Shown: piece after piece, positions 39,286 to 52,794 of the stretch
Numbering within the stretch: position 1 is the stretch's first letter
How the letters are laid out: each line of letters begins with the position of its first letter
Assembly (NCBI GenBank): GCA_964016885.1
Contig: OZ024749.1
Coordinates: 28,086,001 to 28,150,000 of the forward strand
Direction of reading: 5' to 3'
DNA length: 64,000 bases
Source of the DNA: Eledone cirrhosa
Lineage: Eukaryota
The notes under the pieces: generated by a model
Told to the model about the DNA's origin: nothing
Seen by the model: the letters and a program-made list of their open reading frames with translations, nothing else
Database searches by the model: none
Made by a program: the position numbers and the translations under genes

Positions 39286-39769
39286 CATATATACATATTC
39301 AACACACGATTTCAGATAAAGAATCTTGCTAAACAAATTCAGAAACGAAATATATATATATACATATATATATACATATATACATATATATACATATATA
39401 TATTGGTAAACGGAATAGAAAATGCTGACAAATTGTTCACAGTTGAAAAATGGTTTAATTAGGAATAAAAGAGTATTAGTGATTGTATGGGTTAGTATTC
39501 AGTTGTGGTTTTAAGTTTTTAAGTTTTTACCGGTTGCGCATTTCTAAATGCTTTTCAAAAATAATTTTGAGATAGAGTGTCCGTGCTGTTTGCTCTGATC
39601 TGATTAGTTTTGGGAATTGTACCTGTTTTTATGTTAAAAAAGTGGCTCCAGCGTTACTTTCGTGTTGCAAAAATTCTTGTGGTCAAAACAATTTTGATTG
39701 GTCGGTAGAGGTCATGTGAATAAAAAATAGGTTTTGCGCCAGGATTGAGAAATGACTCTTTCACAACAA

Positions 39770-39818
<49 letters not shown>

Positions 39819-39907
39819 TGTGTGTGTGTGTGTAGTAGTAGTAGTAGTAAGGTGTTCGATGTTGTGATAATGGTTAGCAGCGATGTGTGTCAAATGGCTA
39901 TTAAGGT

Positions 39908-39943
<36 letters not shown>

Positions 39944-40126
39944 CAGAGTAATTCGTGGTGGCAGGGATGGTCAGTAAGAATGTGTCTGAAAGCAATGGGG
40001 GGTATTTTAGCATGTCAAAAGATATTTTTTATATACATATATACATATATATATATACATATATATATATACATATACATATATACATATATATATATAA
40101 ATACATATATATATATATATACATAC

Positions 40127-40189
<63 letters not shown>

Positions 40190-40379
40190 TAGATAAATCT
40201 ACCAAAATGTACGGTAGTGTCCAATCCGTATGAAGAACTCAATGTAATCCGAATATCATGAAAAGAGAAGATGTATTGAAAAAATTTTTTCGGTGAAAAT
40301 TAACGGAAAACAGAGTCAAGATAAATTAATAAAATAATGAATAAACAAAGAAACAGTTCCTTATATTAAAAAATTCATC

Positions 40380-40507
40380 ATTTTACGATCGTTTCTAGGA
40401 TATATATGTTAGTGTTGGTATGCATATCCTATAAATTTATGTAAAATTTTTACAAACTATCAGAGGGAGTATACATACCTACACATATATATGCTGTCTT
40501 CAGAAAT
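40380..40507 (-). ncRNA. Type I hammerhead with long stem II insertion
   Basis: Minus strand attt-CTGAAGA-cagcatatatatgt...acatatatatccta-GAAAC gatc GTA-aaat. Confidence 0.65.
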
Positions 40508-40980
40508 AATGGTATAATGCTCCATTCAATTTACAAATTAAGGATAATATACCTAAAAAATGTTTTAATATCCTAGAGAAGAACTTCCCGCCAAACCACA
40601 AATACCATTAAATTTTAAATAGATCAACAGTTAAATTCTCCTACTCAACAACCAAAAACATAAAACAAAATATAAGTGCCTACAATGCATATAAATGTAA
40701 AAAAACCATGAGTATACCACCAGTACATCAAACTAACCATAATATCTCCTCTGATACAGGATTCACGAAAAGTTGTAACTGTAGAAACAAAGCAAATTGC
40801 CCATTAAAAGGAAATTGCCTTGTTAATAACATAGTATATAAATGTAAAGTTAACACTAAGGACTCAATTTATTCATATATAGGAGCTACCTCTAACAAAT
40901 TTAAGGTAAGATTTAATACCCACAAACATAGTTTTAAAAATGCCGCATTAGCTAATACAACATCTCTAGCTGATTACTGA
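40505..40980 (+). pseudogene. Fragment of a second PLE lineage (linker + GIY-YIG)
   Basis: WYNAPF, NFPPNHKYH, NRSTVKFSYS, CNCRNKANCPLKGNCL, IVYKC...YIGAT, FKVRFNTH. Confidence 0.8.
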
Positions 40981-41182
40981 TCCGTTCAGTAATCTCCTTT
41001 GAGCTGTTGATAATTTCTTCATTGATTTTCATCAACAATCTATGATTACCTAGTGGTAAGTGTGTTGGGCTAATGATTATAATGTTCGATTTCTTGATTG
41101 GTTTGTGTGTTGTGTTCTTGAGCAAAACACATCATTTCATGTTGTTTCTGGGCTTAAGACAGACTTTAGACTGTGTTGGACT

Positions 41183-43553
41183 GGTGTCCTGACCAGGGAG
41201 GAGTCTTGACCAGGGAGGTGTCCTGTCCAGGGAGGTGTCCTGACCAGGAAGGTGTCCTGACCAGGGAGGTGTCCTTACCAGGGAGGAGTCTTGACCAGGG
41301 AGGAGTCTTGACCAGGGAGGTGTCCTGACCAGGGAGGTGTCCTGTCCAGGGAGGAGTCCTGACCAGGGAGGTGTCCTGACCAGGGAGGTGTCCTTACCAG
41401 GGAGGAGTCTTGACCAGGGAGGTGTCCTGACCAGGGAGGTGTCCTGACCAGGGAGGAGTCTTGACCAGGGAGGAGTCTTGACCAGGGAGGAGTCCTGACC
41501 AGGGAGGTGTCCTGACCAGGGAGGTGTCCTGACCAGGGAGGAGTCTTGACCAGGGAGGTGTCCTGACCAGGGAGGAGTCCTGACCAGGGAGGAGTCTTGA
41601 CCAGGGAGGTGTCTTGACCAGGGAGGTGTCTTGACCAGGGAGGAGTCCTGACCAGGGAGGTGTCCTGACCAGGGAGGAGTCTTGACCAGGGAGGAGTCCT
41701 GACCAGGGAGGTGTCCTGACCAGGGAGGTGTCCTGACCAGGGAGGAGTCTTGACCAGGGAGGAGTCTTGACCAGGGAGGAGTCCTGACCAGGGAGGTGTC
41801 CTGACCAGGGAGGTGTCCTGACCAGGGAGGAGTCTTGACCAGGGAGGTGTCCTGTCCAGGGAGGAGTCCTGACCAGGGAGGAGTCTTGACCAGGGAGGTG
41901 TCTTGACCAGGGAGGAGTCCTGACCAGGGAGGAATCTTGACCAGGGAGGAGTCCTGACCAGGGAGGTGTCCTGACCAGGGAGGAGTCCTGACCAGGGAGG
42001 AGTCCTGACCAGGGAAGAGTCTTGACCAGGGAGGTGTCTTGACCAGGGAAGAGTCTTGACCAGGGAGGTGTCTTGACCAGGGAGGTGTCTTGACCAGGGA
42101 GGAGTCCTGACCAGGGAGGAGTCCTGACCAGGGAGGAGTCTTGACCAGGGAGGTGTCCTGACCAGGGAGGAGTCCTGACCAGGGAGGTGTCCTGACCAGG
42201 GAGGAGTCTTGACCAGGGAGGTGTCCTGACCAGGGAGGTGTCCTGACCAGGGAGGTGTCCTGACCAGGGAGGAGTCTTGACCAGGGAGGAGTCCTGACCA
42301 GGGAGGTGTCCTGACCAGGGAGGAGTCCTGACCAGGGAGGAGTCCTGACCAGGGAAGAGTCTTGACCAGGGAGGTGTCTTGACCAGGGAAGAGTCTTGAC
42401 CAGGGAGGTGTCTTGACCAGGGAGGTGTCTTGACCAGGGAGGAGTCCTGACCAGGGAGGTGTCTTGACCAGGGAGGTGTCCTGACCAGGGAGGAGTCCTG
42501 ACCAGGGAGGTGTCCTGACCAGGGAGGAGTCTTGACCAGGGAGGTGTCCTGACCAGGGAGGTGTCCTGACCAGGGAGGAGTCTTGACCAGGGAGGTGTCT
42601 TGACCAGGGAGGTGTCCTGACCAGGGAGGAGTCTTGACCAGGGAGGTGTCTTGACCAGGGAGGAGTCCTGACCAGGGAGGTGTCCTGACCAGGGAGGTGT
42701 CCTGACCAGGGAGGTGTCCTGACCAGGGAGGTGTCCTGACCAGGGTGTAGTCTTGACCAGGGAGGAGTCTTGACCAGGGAGGTGTCTTGACCAGGGAGGA
42801 GTCCTGACCAGGGAGGTGTCCTGACCAGGGAGGAGTCTTGACCAGGGAGGTGTCCTGACCAGGGAGGAGTCTTGACCAGGGAGGTGTCCTGACCAGGGAG
42901 GAGTCCTGATCAGGGAGGAGTCCTGACCAGGGAGGTGTCCTGACCAGGGAGGTGTCCTGACCAGGGAGGTGTCCTGACCAGGGAGGAGTCCTGACCAGGG
43001 AGATGTCCTGACCAGGGAGGTGTCCTTACCAAGGAGGAGTCTTGACCAGGGAGGTGTCCTGACCAGGGAGGTGTCCTGACCAGGGAGGAGTCTTGACCAG
43101 GGAGGTGTCCTGACCAGGGAGGTGTCCTGACCAGGGAGGAGTCTTGACCAGGGAGGAGTCCTGACCAGCGAGGAGTCCTGACCAGGGAGGTGTCCTGACC
43201 AGGGAGGAGTCCTGACCAGGGTGTAGTCTTGACCAGGGAGGAGTCCTGACCAGGGAGGTGTCCTGACCAGGGAGGAGTCCTGACCAGGGAGATGTCCTGA
43301 CCAGGGAGGTGTCCTGACCAGGGAGGAGTCTTGACCAGGGAGGTGTCCTGACCAGGGAGGAGTCCTGACCAGGGTGTAGTCTTGACCAGGGAGGAGTCCT
43401 GACCAGGGAGGTGTCCTGACCAGGGAGGTGTCCTGACCAGGGAGGTGTCCTGACCAGGGTGTAGTCTTGACCAGGGAGGAGTCCTGACCAGGGAGGTGTC
43501 CTGACCAGGGAGGAGTCCTGACCAGGGAGGTGTCCTGACCAGGGGGAGTCTTG
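41183..43553. repeat. 17-bp GC-rich satellite, about 140 copies
   Basis: Unit gaccagggagg(t/a)gtc(c/t)t. Confidence 0.98.
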
Positions 43554-44777
43554 TACTCTCAGTCACTTAACATCATGGAAGCTGAGACAAACACCAGCCT
43601 TATGAGCGTCTGGGCTCAAGACAGACTTTAGACGATGAGATTGGAGGTGGTGTACCTGTCCCTTAATCCTTTCTTCAATCTACACAGTATACTTTTTGTC
43701 CCTCTTTTCGTCATTAACCAACTCCATCAGGTTGTTGTTACTTGCTTGGACAACCATGAAACTCAGATATTGTAAGCAGACCGGCACCTCATCATGCAGG
43801 ACACTCCCTAACCTACTTGATTTTACCCAATCATTATCCAATAATCCAAGCATATTTAAGATTTGGAGGGCTTATGGAAACCTCTTCCTTTTTATATGTT
43901 ACTTTCCTCCTTTTATTTCTTCTTGGCTAAATTCCTCAGGCAACAACACATTGTCTTTTGTGACATATCTCTTTCCTATTTGTTCCTTTGCCTAGAGTTC
44001 ACTCATGTTAAGTACTTCAATTTGACTTGCAGCGCTACCAATACATGAATGGTTGTCGCTGGTGCTTTTGTTGTGGACAATAACAAAAGTCTGCATTTTC
44101 ACCATTTTCTTTTTCTTTGTACTTTACAAATTGTCATTGTTTGTGTTTATAACTGCATCTGTTTGTATCATTTTCATTTTTACTGTCTTTCTCTAATACT
44201 TGTTTAGTCTGTCTTTCCTGAACTAAGGAATGAGGTTTATTTCCTGGGTGCTTTTTGTAGTGGCTCCTGCACAACCACTTTACAGTGTGGGCTGGGTGCT
44301 TTTTGTAGTGATTCCTGTATGACCACTTTACAGTGTGGGTTGGGTGATTTTTGTTGTGACACCTACACGACCACCCTTCAGTGTGGACTGGGTGCAGTTT
44401 GAGGGAAAGAGGAAATCGATTATATGGACCCCAATACTTAATTGGTACTTAATTTTATCAAGTCTGGAAGGATGAAAAGCAAAGGTGAATTTGGTAGGAT
44501 TTGAACACAGAATGTGATGGACTGGCATCCTGTCCAGGAAAGGGAGGAGTCTTGTGCTCTCAGTCGCTTAACACCATGGAAGCCGGGACAAGCACCGGCC
44601 TTATGTGTATCTGGACTCAAGACAGACTTTAGACGATGAGATTGGAGGTGGGTGTACTTGTCCCTTAATCCTCTCTTCAATCTACTGAGTATACCTGTTG
44701 TCCTAACTAAATGCCACAAAACATTTTGTTGGATGCTCTACCAACTCTGCAAATTCCCTACCATTATTTATTTTCAG

Positions 44778-46070
44778 TAATGGTTTCTGATTCAGGTTCA
44801 AGACCAACAATTTTAGGTGAGGGGAAAGTTGATGAAATCAAACCCAGTGCATTACTGGTACTTTATTTTTTTGACCCTGTAAGGATGAAAGGCAATGCTA
44901 ACCTTGGCAAGATTTGAATTCAGAACATAAAGGGCCATAACTAAATACCACAAAGTATGTTATCTGATGTTCTACCGATTACTGCCAATTCACCTTATAT
45001 ATATATATATATATACATATAATGGTTTCTACTTTAGGCACAAGGCCAACAATTACCCAGTGCATTACTGGTACTTTATTTTATCGACCCCGTAAGGATG
45101 AAAGGCAAAGTCAACCTCGGCGGGATTTGAACTCAGATCGTAAAGGGACGTAACTATGCTGGAAAGCATGGCGTCCGACCCTCTACCGATACTGCCAATC
45201 CACCGCCCTATATATACATATAATTGTTTCTACGTTAGGCACAAGGCCAGCAATTACCCAGTGCATTACTGGTACTTTATTTTATCGACCCTGTAAGGAT
45301 GAAAGGCAAAGTTAAGCTCGGCAGCATTTGAACTCAGAATGGCAAGGGCCGTAACTCTATACGTCAAAGCATGGTGTCCGACCCTCTACCTATATATACA
45401 TATAATGGTTTCTGATTTAGGCATGAAGCTAACAATTTGAAGAGAGAAAGTCAATTAAATCGACCCCCATTAATTACTGGTACTTTATTTTATTGAAGCT
45501 GTTAAGAAGAAAGGAATTGAACTCAGATCGTAAAGGGCTGTAACTCTATGCTAAAAAGCATGGTGTCCGAAGCTCTGCTGATATTGCAAATCTGCCGCCC
45601 TTGGATCATAAATAAATAATACAATTTATTACCTTATTTATTTCTGGTAAATGTTTCTGATTTAGGCTCAAGTTCAAGGCCAACAATTTTGGAGGAGAAG
45701 AGAGGCAATTAAATTGATCACAGTCTGTCACTGCTGCTATATTTCATCAACCCTGTAAGACCATAACTCGATGCCACAGAGCATGTTGGCCGATGCTCTA
45801 CCAATTAGTGCTAATCAACTGCCCTTCGGATCATGTATAATTAATGGTTTCTACTATAGGCACAAGGCCAGCAATTTTTTAGGGGGGTGGGGGAGGGGAG
45901 TCGATTAAATTGACCCCAGTGGATTACTGGTAGTTTATTTTATCGACTCCGTAAGGATGAAAGGGAAAGCTAACCTCGGCGGGATTTGAACTCAGACCGT
46001 AAAGAGGCATAACTCTATGCTGAAAAGCATGGCGTCCGACTCTCTACCAATACTGCCAATCCACTGCCCT
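44778..46070 (-). mobile_element. Head-to-tail array of 5-6 Meta-domain-like SINEs
   Basis: Copies at ~44778, 45020, 45221, 45403, 45650 (degenerate) and 45843. Confidence 0.85.
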
Positions 46071-46424
46071 TTGAATCATGAATAAATGATACAATTTGTT
46101 ACAGTAGAAACATATATGTATGGTCCCGTAACTCCTGATAGAGTTGTAGGGGCACCGTATTGACATACAGCGTTTCTTGGGCCTTTAAAAGTCTGGCAGA
46201 GCCCATCCCTCTCCAGGCCTGAGTAGAGCAGATTTCTTCCAGAGAAAGATAGAAAATGAGAGAGAGGAAATGAGAAAGAGATTTAGAGGAAGAATCGACC
46301 CCAGTACTAGACTGATACATTTTTTTATTGACCTTGAAAGGATGAAAGGCAAAGTTGACCTTGGCAGGATTAGAGAGCAGAGAGCTGGAATGAATACCTT
46401 AAAGCATTCTATCCAACGTTCTAA

Positions 46425-49400
46425 TCATCATCATCATTTTACGTCCGCTTTTCCCTGCTTGCAAGGGTGGGACAGGTCTTATTCAGCACAGCATCTCTCC
46501 ACTCGTCATGGTCCTTCGTCATCTCCACCGTGAGCTTCAATGATCTGAGGTCTGTTCTCACCACCTCCGCCCATGTTTTTCGTGGTCTACCTCTACCACG
46601 TCTTCCTTCAACTGGCATTTCCTGGCACTTCTTCACCCATCGGTCATCCTCCATGCGCATCACATGTCCATACCACCTCAGTCTCCTCTCCCGTACACTA
46701 CATTCTATCCCTCTCAGACACAGTCTCTCTCTCAACACATTTATGCTGGGTCGTTCACGCACATTTACACTGCACATCCAACGGAGCATGCTTGCCTCAT
46801 TTCTCTCCAGCCATTGCATATCCTCTGCAGTTGCTGCCCATGTCTCACTACCATTCAGCATCGCGCTCCTCACACAGGCATCATACAACCGGTCTTTCGT
46901 ACGCAGGGAGAAACCCTTCTTCATCAACAGAGGAAGCAGCTCCCTAAACTTCTTCCAACCCGTCCTTATTCTAGATACTATGGCCTCGGAACACCCTCCT
47001 CCCATGCTAATCTGATCTCCTAGGTACCAGAAGCTATCCACCACTTCTATAGCGCCCTCTTGCATTTGAAAAATGTGTCTATCAGTGCAACTTCTACTGT
47101 CTAATTTCCCTGCATACATATTTCTCCCTACCTGTTAGTTTGCCTGCTATCCCGCTACATCTCTTGTGTACCCAGGATCTGCATTGTGTGCATTTTATAG
47201 AATTTATGCCAGTTCCTTTTCTGCATATCGAACATGGCCATTTCCCTGACGGAATCAGGGTTTTGTCCTCTTTTCTACTCATCAACACTTTTGTCTTAGC
47301 TAGATTCACTCTCAGTCCTCTTGCTTCCAACTGCTGTTTCCATAGCCAGAATTTATTCTCTAGCCCCTCTACTGATTCTGCTATAAGAACCAGATCGTCA
47401 GCATAGAGAAGTTCCCATGGACAGCCAGTCTTAAACTCCTCTGTTATGGCTTGGAGGACTATAATGAACAAGAGCGGGCTGAGGACCGAACCCTGATGTA
47501 CTCCTACTTGTATCTGGAATTCCTCACTAAACTCCATTCCTACCCTGACTTTACTGAGAGTACCTCTGTACAAAGTTTGCACTGTCCTCACAAGCCATTC
47601 CTCAACACCTAGCTTCCTTAGGGACCACCAGATGACAGATCGGGGTACCCTATCAAAGACCTTCTCTAGGTCAACAAAGGCTAAGTATAGTGGCTTATTC
47701 TTCTCTAAGAACCTCTCTTACATTTGTCTCACCAAGAAGAGGGCATCTGTTGTACTCTTCCCAGGCACAAAACCAAACTGCATCTCATCTAATTTGACCC
47801 TTTCTCTAATTAGTTGTGCTAAAATCCTTTCTGCCACTTTCATAACCTGATCTATCAGTTTTCTACCCCTATAATTGATCCTCTCCAAAGCATCCCCTTT
47901 ACCTTTGTAGCAATTTATGAGAATACTGCTGCACCAGTCTTTGGGTATGACACCACCGTATATAGCCTGATTGATGATGCGTGCAACCAGTTAAGTGCCT
48001 ACGTCCCCTGATGCCTTCAGCATCTCAGCAACTATTCCCGATGGTCCGGCTGCCTTACCATTTTTCATTTCCCTAATCGCCTCTTGGACCCTATATTCGT
48101 CAATCTCAATAGCTGGTCCCTTTGTCGGATCTACCAAGGGTAATTTCTCTCTCTCCCATTCGTTCTCCACATTCATCAGTCTCTCATAATGACATTTCCA
48201 GGCCTCCTTTTTCTGATCATTCGTGACACTAAGTACACCGGCATCATCCCGGACACATTTATCTCCAACAACATCCTGATTTGCATTGACACACTGCCTT
48301 GCAATGTGGAACACCGCACGCCTCTGATCTTCCCGTCGCAGAACATTGGCAAACCTCCTACTCTCTGCCTCCCTGCGTGCTAAGTACACCTGACGTCTAG
48401 CTTCTCTCTTAGTGGCTGTATATTCTTCCCTACTCCCACCCTTTTTCCAAGCCTTCCATGCTAGTCTTTTGTCTCTAATAGCCTTATCTACTGTGCTGTT
48501 CCACCACCAGGTCACTCTCTGTCTGGTTGGAGCTCTGCTCCAGCCACAGGTTTCATCAGTAGCCTGCAGCAAGTTGTCACGTAAGAACTTCCAGTTATTA
48601 TATATGTCATACGTCTCTAAATCGTCTTCTTTTTCGTCATATACATCTTGAAGGGCTTTCCTAAATTTGTATTTTAGTGAAAGGTCTTTTAACTTCCAGA
48701 CCTTTCTTCTCCACACCTTCCTATATGTCTCATTCCATCTCTTGCTTACTGAGATATCACTAACAACTAACCTATGCTGTGGGTACATTCTTCCCCAGGG
48801 TATGCCTTGGTATTAGACACTATCTGCCTGTCCTGCTGCCTAACTAGCAGGAAGTCAATCTGGCTTATGTGCTCACCAGATTTGTAGGTTATTTGGTGAT
48901 TGGCAGGTTTCTGGAAGTTTGTGTTGCAAATAGTCAATGTACTCGCATCACAAAATTCAAGAAGTCTCACTCCTTCTTCATTTCTTGAACTGTAACCGTG
49001 CCCACCATGTACCCCAGTGTAACCATCCTGGAGCTGTCCAACATGACCATTGAAGTTTCCTGCTAGCATAACGATGTCTCCGTCCTCTGTCATTGTGGTT
49101 GTTTGCAAAAGTTGCTCATAAAAGCAGTCTTTCTCATCTTTGCCTAGGCCTGCTTGGGGAGCATAGACCGAGATGATTGTCAGTAGTCTCCTACCTACAA
49201 CTAATCTAAGCTTAATTATTCGATTACTAACTTGAACTACCTCTATTGTCTTATTGATCCATTTCTCAGCCAGGAAAATGCCTACTCCCCCTAACCCATC
49301 ATCCTTACCTACCCAGAATAGCTTATAGCTAAGACGCTTGCCTACGACTAGTCTCGCAGAGGCACCTCTCCATCTCACCTCTTGCACGCAGCACACATCC

Positions 49401-49500
49401 ACCTGCCTTCTCTCCAGCATCTCCGCTATTTCAGCAGATCTACCTCTGAGAGTGCCAACATTAAGTGTTGCAACTCTGAGATGCGACGTCTTCATATTTT
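46425..49500 (-). mobile_element. RTE LINE family A, near full length, disrupted by stops/frameshifts
   Basis: APE (TLNVGTL, VQEVRW, YAPQ, NGHVG, IDF), RT (GVHQGSVLSP, YADD), PHD-like insert, RLRWYGHV and (GAT)n tail, split over ORFs 48767-49495, 47991-48788, 47094-47591 and 46439-47119. Confidence 0.93.
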
Positions 49501-50499
49501 GTTGTTCCTATTTGTTGCTGTGCTGATAATGACTCTGCTAATTCGCTGCCTAAATACATATATAGGGACAGTTAAAAACAATGTTTAGATGAACTTTATT
49601 TACTGCCCTATTACAGAATGTAAAGGGCCTTAACTCTATGCCATAAAGCATGTTGTACGATGCTCTCCCGATTACTGCCAATCCACTGCCCCTTGGATCA
49701 TGAATAAATAATGCAATTTGTTACAGTACAGTTTAACTGTCCATATATATGGACAGTTAAAAACAATGCTTAGATGAACTTTATTTACTACCATATTACA
49801 GAACATAATGAGCTGTAACTATATGCCACAAAGCATGTTGTCCAATGCTCTACCGACTCAGTCAATTCATTGCCCTTATTTCTTTGTAATAATAATCAAA
49901 TAAAAATAGAGAAAGATCTGTGAAATAAAGGTCTATAATTGTAGATCATACGACAATAATAACCTTAAGGAAAATATTATATTAAATCTTTGACCCAAAT
50001 CTTTATTATTTATGACTGAGCCGAGAAAAAATAGGGTCCCTCTGGTAAAAAATAGTAAAGGATTAGATAAAAAAAATAAGGTGTGCATAGCTTAATCTGA
50101 CATTCCTGCTTCCACATACATGCACACATATATACACATACAGATATATATATACACTCATATATACACACACACATATATACACATATATATACACATA
50201 CATATACACACATATACATGTACATACACACACACACACATACACATCTACACATACATATATACACACACACTGTAGTTTAGTTTGCCCCCCCCCCACC
50301 CCCCACCTCATAATATATTTAACTGCACTGTATAGTCTGTAGGGCTTGAGTTGAGTCATGTCAACTATACTATGAATGAAAGGGAGAGTTGAATGTGGTG
50401 TATCAGTGTATTGGTGTATTGGAGTGTTACGTGTCTGAGCTGATAGTTGAATGGCTGAGGACGATTACAATATATTAACACTCTTTTATATATCATTCA

Positions 50500-51225
50500 T
50501 CATCATCATCATCATCATCATCATTTTACGTCGGCTTTTCCCTGCTTGCAAGGGTGGGAAGGGTCTTATTCAGCACAGCATCACTCCACTCGTCACGGTC
50601 CCTCGTCATCTCCACCGTGAGCTTCAATGATCTGAGGTCTGTTCTCACCACCTCCGCCCATGTTTTTCCTGGTCTACCTCTACCGCGTCTTCCTTCAACT
50701 GGCATTTCCTGGCACTTCTTCACCCATCGGTCATCCTCCATGCGCATCACATGTCCATACCATCTCAGTCTCCTCTCCCGTACACTACATTCTATCCCTC
50801 TCAGACACAGTTTCTCTCTCATCTCTCAACACATTTATGCTGGGTCGTTCACGCACATTTACACTGCACATCCAACGGAGCATGCTTGCCTCATTTCTCT
50901 CCAGCCGTCGTATATCCTCTGCGGTTGCTGCCCATGTCTCACTACCATGCAGCATCGTGCTCCTCACACAGGCATCATACAACCGGCCTTTCGTACGCAG
51001 GGAGAAACCCTTCTTCGTCAACAGAGGAAGCAGCTCCCTAAACTTCTTCCAACCTGTCCTTATTCTAGATACTATGGCCTCGGAACACCCTCCTCCCATG
51101 CTAATCTGATCTCCTAGGTACCGGAAGCTATCCACCACTTCTATAGCGCCCTCTCGCATTTGAAAAATGTGTCTATCAGTGCGACTTCTACTGTCTAATT
51201 TCCCTGTACATCTACTGCATACATA
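50500..51225 (-). mobile_element. RTE family A 3' fragment
   Basis: ORFs 50785-51159 and 50526-50822; (GAT)n tail. Confidence 0.9.
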
Positions 51226-51297
51226 TCATCATGATATATAAAACAGTGTGTGTTTGTTGGTATATATATATATATTATATATACATATATCTATATA

Positions 51298-52142
51298 TTT
51301 CCGTCAGGGAAATGGCCATGTTCGATATGCAGAAAAGGAACTGGCATAAATTCTATAAAATGCACACAATGCAGATCCTGGGTACACAAGAGATGTAGTG
51401 GGATAGCAGGCAAACTAACAGTTAGGGAGAAATATGTATGCAGTAGATGTACAGGGAAATTAGACAGTAGAAGTCACATTGATAGACACATTTTTCAAAT
51501 GCAGGAGGGCGCTATAGAAGTGGTGGATAGCTTCCGGTACCTAGGAGATCAGATTAGCATGGGAGGAGGCTGTTCCGAGGCCATAGTATCTAGAATAAGG
51601 TTGGGTTGGAAGAAGTTTAGGGAGCTGCTTCCTCTGTTGATGAAGAAGAGTTTCTCCCTGCGTACGAAAGGCTGGTTGTATGATGCCTGTGTGAGGAGCG
51701 CGATGCTGAATGGTGGTGAGACATGGGCAGCAACTGCAGAGGATATGCGACGGCTGGAGAGAAATGAGGCAAGCATGCTCCATTGGATGTGCAGTGTAAA
51801 TGTGCGTGAACGACCCAGCATAAATGTGTTGAGAGAAAAACTGTGTCTGAGAGGGATAGAATGTAGTGTACGGGAGAGGAGACTGAGGTGGTATGGACAT
51901 GTGATGCGCATGGAGGATGACCGATGGGTGAAGAAGTGCCAGGAAATGCCAGTTGAAGGAAGACGTGGTAGAGGTAGACCACGAAAAACATGGGCGGAGG
52001 TGGTGAGAACAGACCTAAGATCATTAAAGCTCACTGTGGAGATGACGAAGGACCGTGACGAGTGGAGAGATGCTGTGCTGAATAAGACCCGTCCCACCCT
52101 TGCAAGCAGGGAAAAGACGTAAAATGATGATGATGATGATGA
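51298..52142 (+). mobile_element. RTE family A 3' fragment in opposite orientation
   Basis: ORF from PSGKWPCSIC to LASREKT; (GAT)n tail. Confidence 0.9.
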
Positions 52143-52159
52143 TATATATATATATATAT

Positions 52160-52417
52160 CATCATCATTTTACGTCCGCTTTTCCGTGCTTGCACGGGTG
52201 GGACGGGAACTGATTCTGGCTTGATTTCTACAGCTGGATGCCCTTCCTAACACCAACCTCATTCACAGTGAGTGCTGGGTGGTTTTTTGCCATGACACCT
52301 ACACGGGGTCCCTATCATCTCATTTCTACAGCTGAGTAAACTGGAGCAATGTGAAATAAAGTGTCTTGCTCAAGGAAACAACACATCACCCGGTTTGAGA
52401 ATTGAACTCACAACCTT

Positions 52418-52484
<67 letters not shown>

Positions 52485-52776
52485 GGCTTAGTGGTTAGAG
52501 CATTGGCCTTGCAATCGAAAGGTTGTGAGTTCAATTCTCAAACCGGGTGATGTGTTGTTTCCTTGAGCAAGATACTTTATTTCACATTGCTCCAGTTTAC
52601 TCAGCTGTAGAAATGAGATGATAGGGACCCCGTGTAGGTGTCATGGCAAAAAAGCACCCAGCACTCACTGTGAATGAGGTTGGTGTTAGGAAGGGCATCC
52701 AGCTGTAGAAATCAAGCCAGAATCAGTTCCCGTCCCACCCGTGCAGGCACGGAAAAGCGGACGTAAAATGATGATG
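52160..52776. mobile_element. Head-to-head inverted pair of SINE family 2 around (TA)n
   Basis: 52160-52421 (minus strand, head truncated) mirrors 52515-52776 (plus strand). Confidence 0.9.
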
Positions 52777-52794
52777 ATATATATATATATATAT

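Noticed and set aside
39480-39770. Possible further GIY-YIG C-terminal remnant (LKPQLN on the minus strand)
   Set aside because: A single short motif in broken frames is insufficient support.
41183-43553. CRISPR-like array
   Set aside because: No unique spacers and no cas genes; eukaryotic context. The same applies to the 18110 and 26370 minisatellites.
42910-43566. 218-aa repetitive ORF (VRTPPWSGHLPGQDSSL)n as a protein gene
   Set aside because: It follows from a stop-free 17-mer unit derived from a SINE; no splice or expression evidence.
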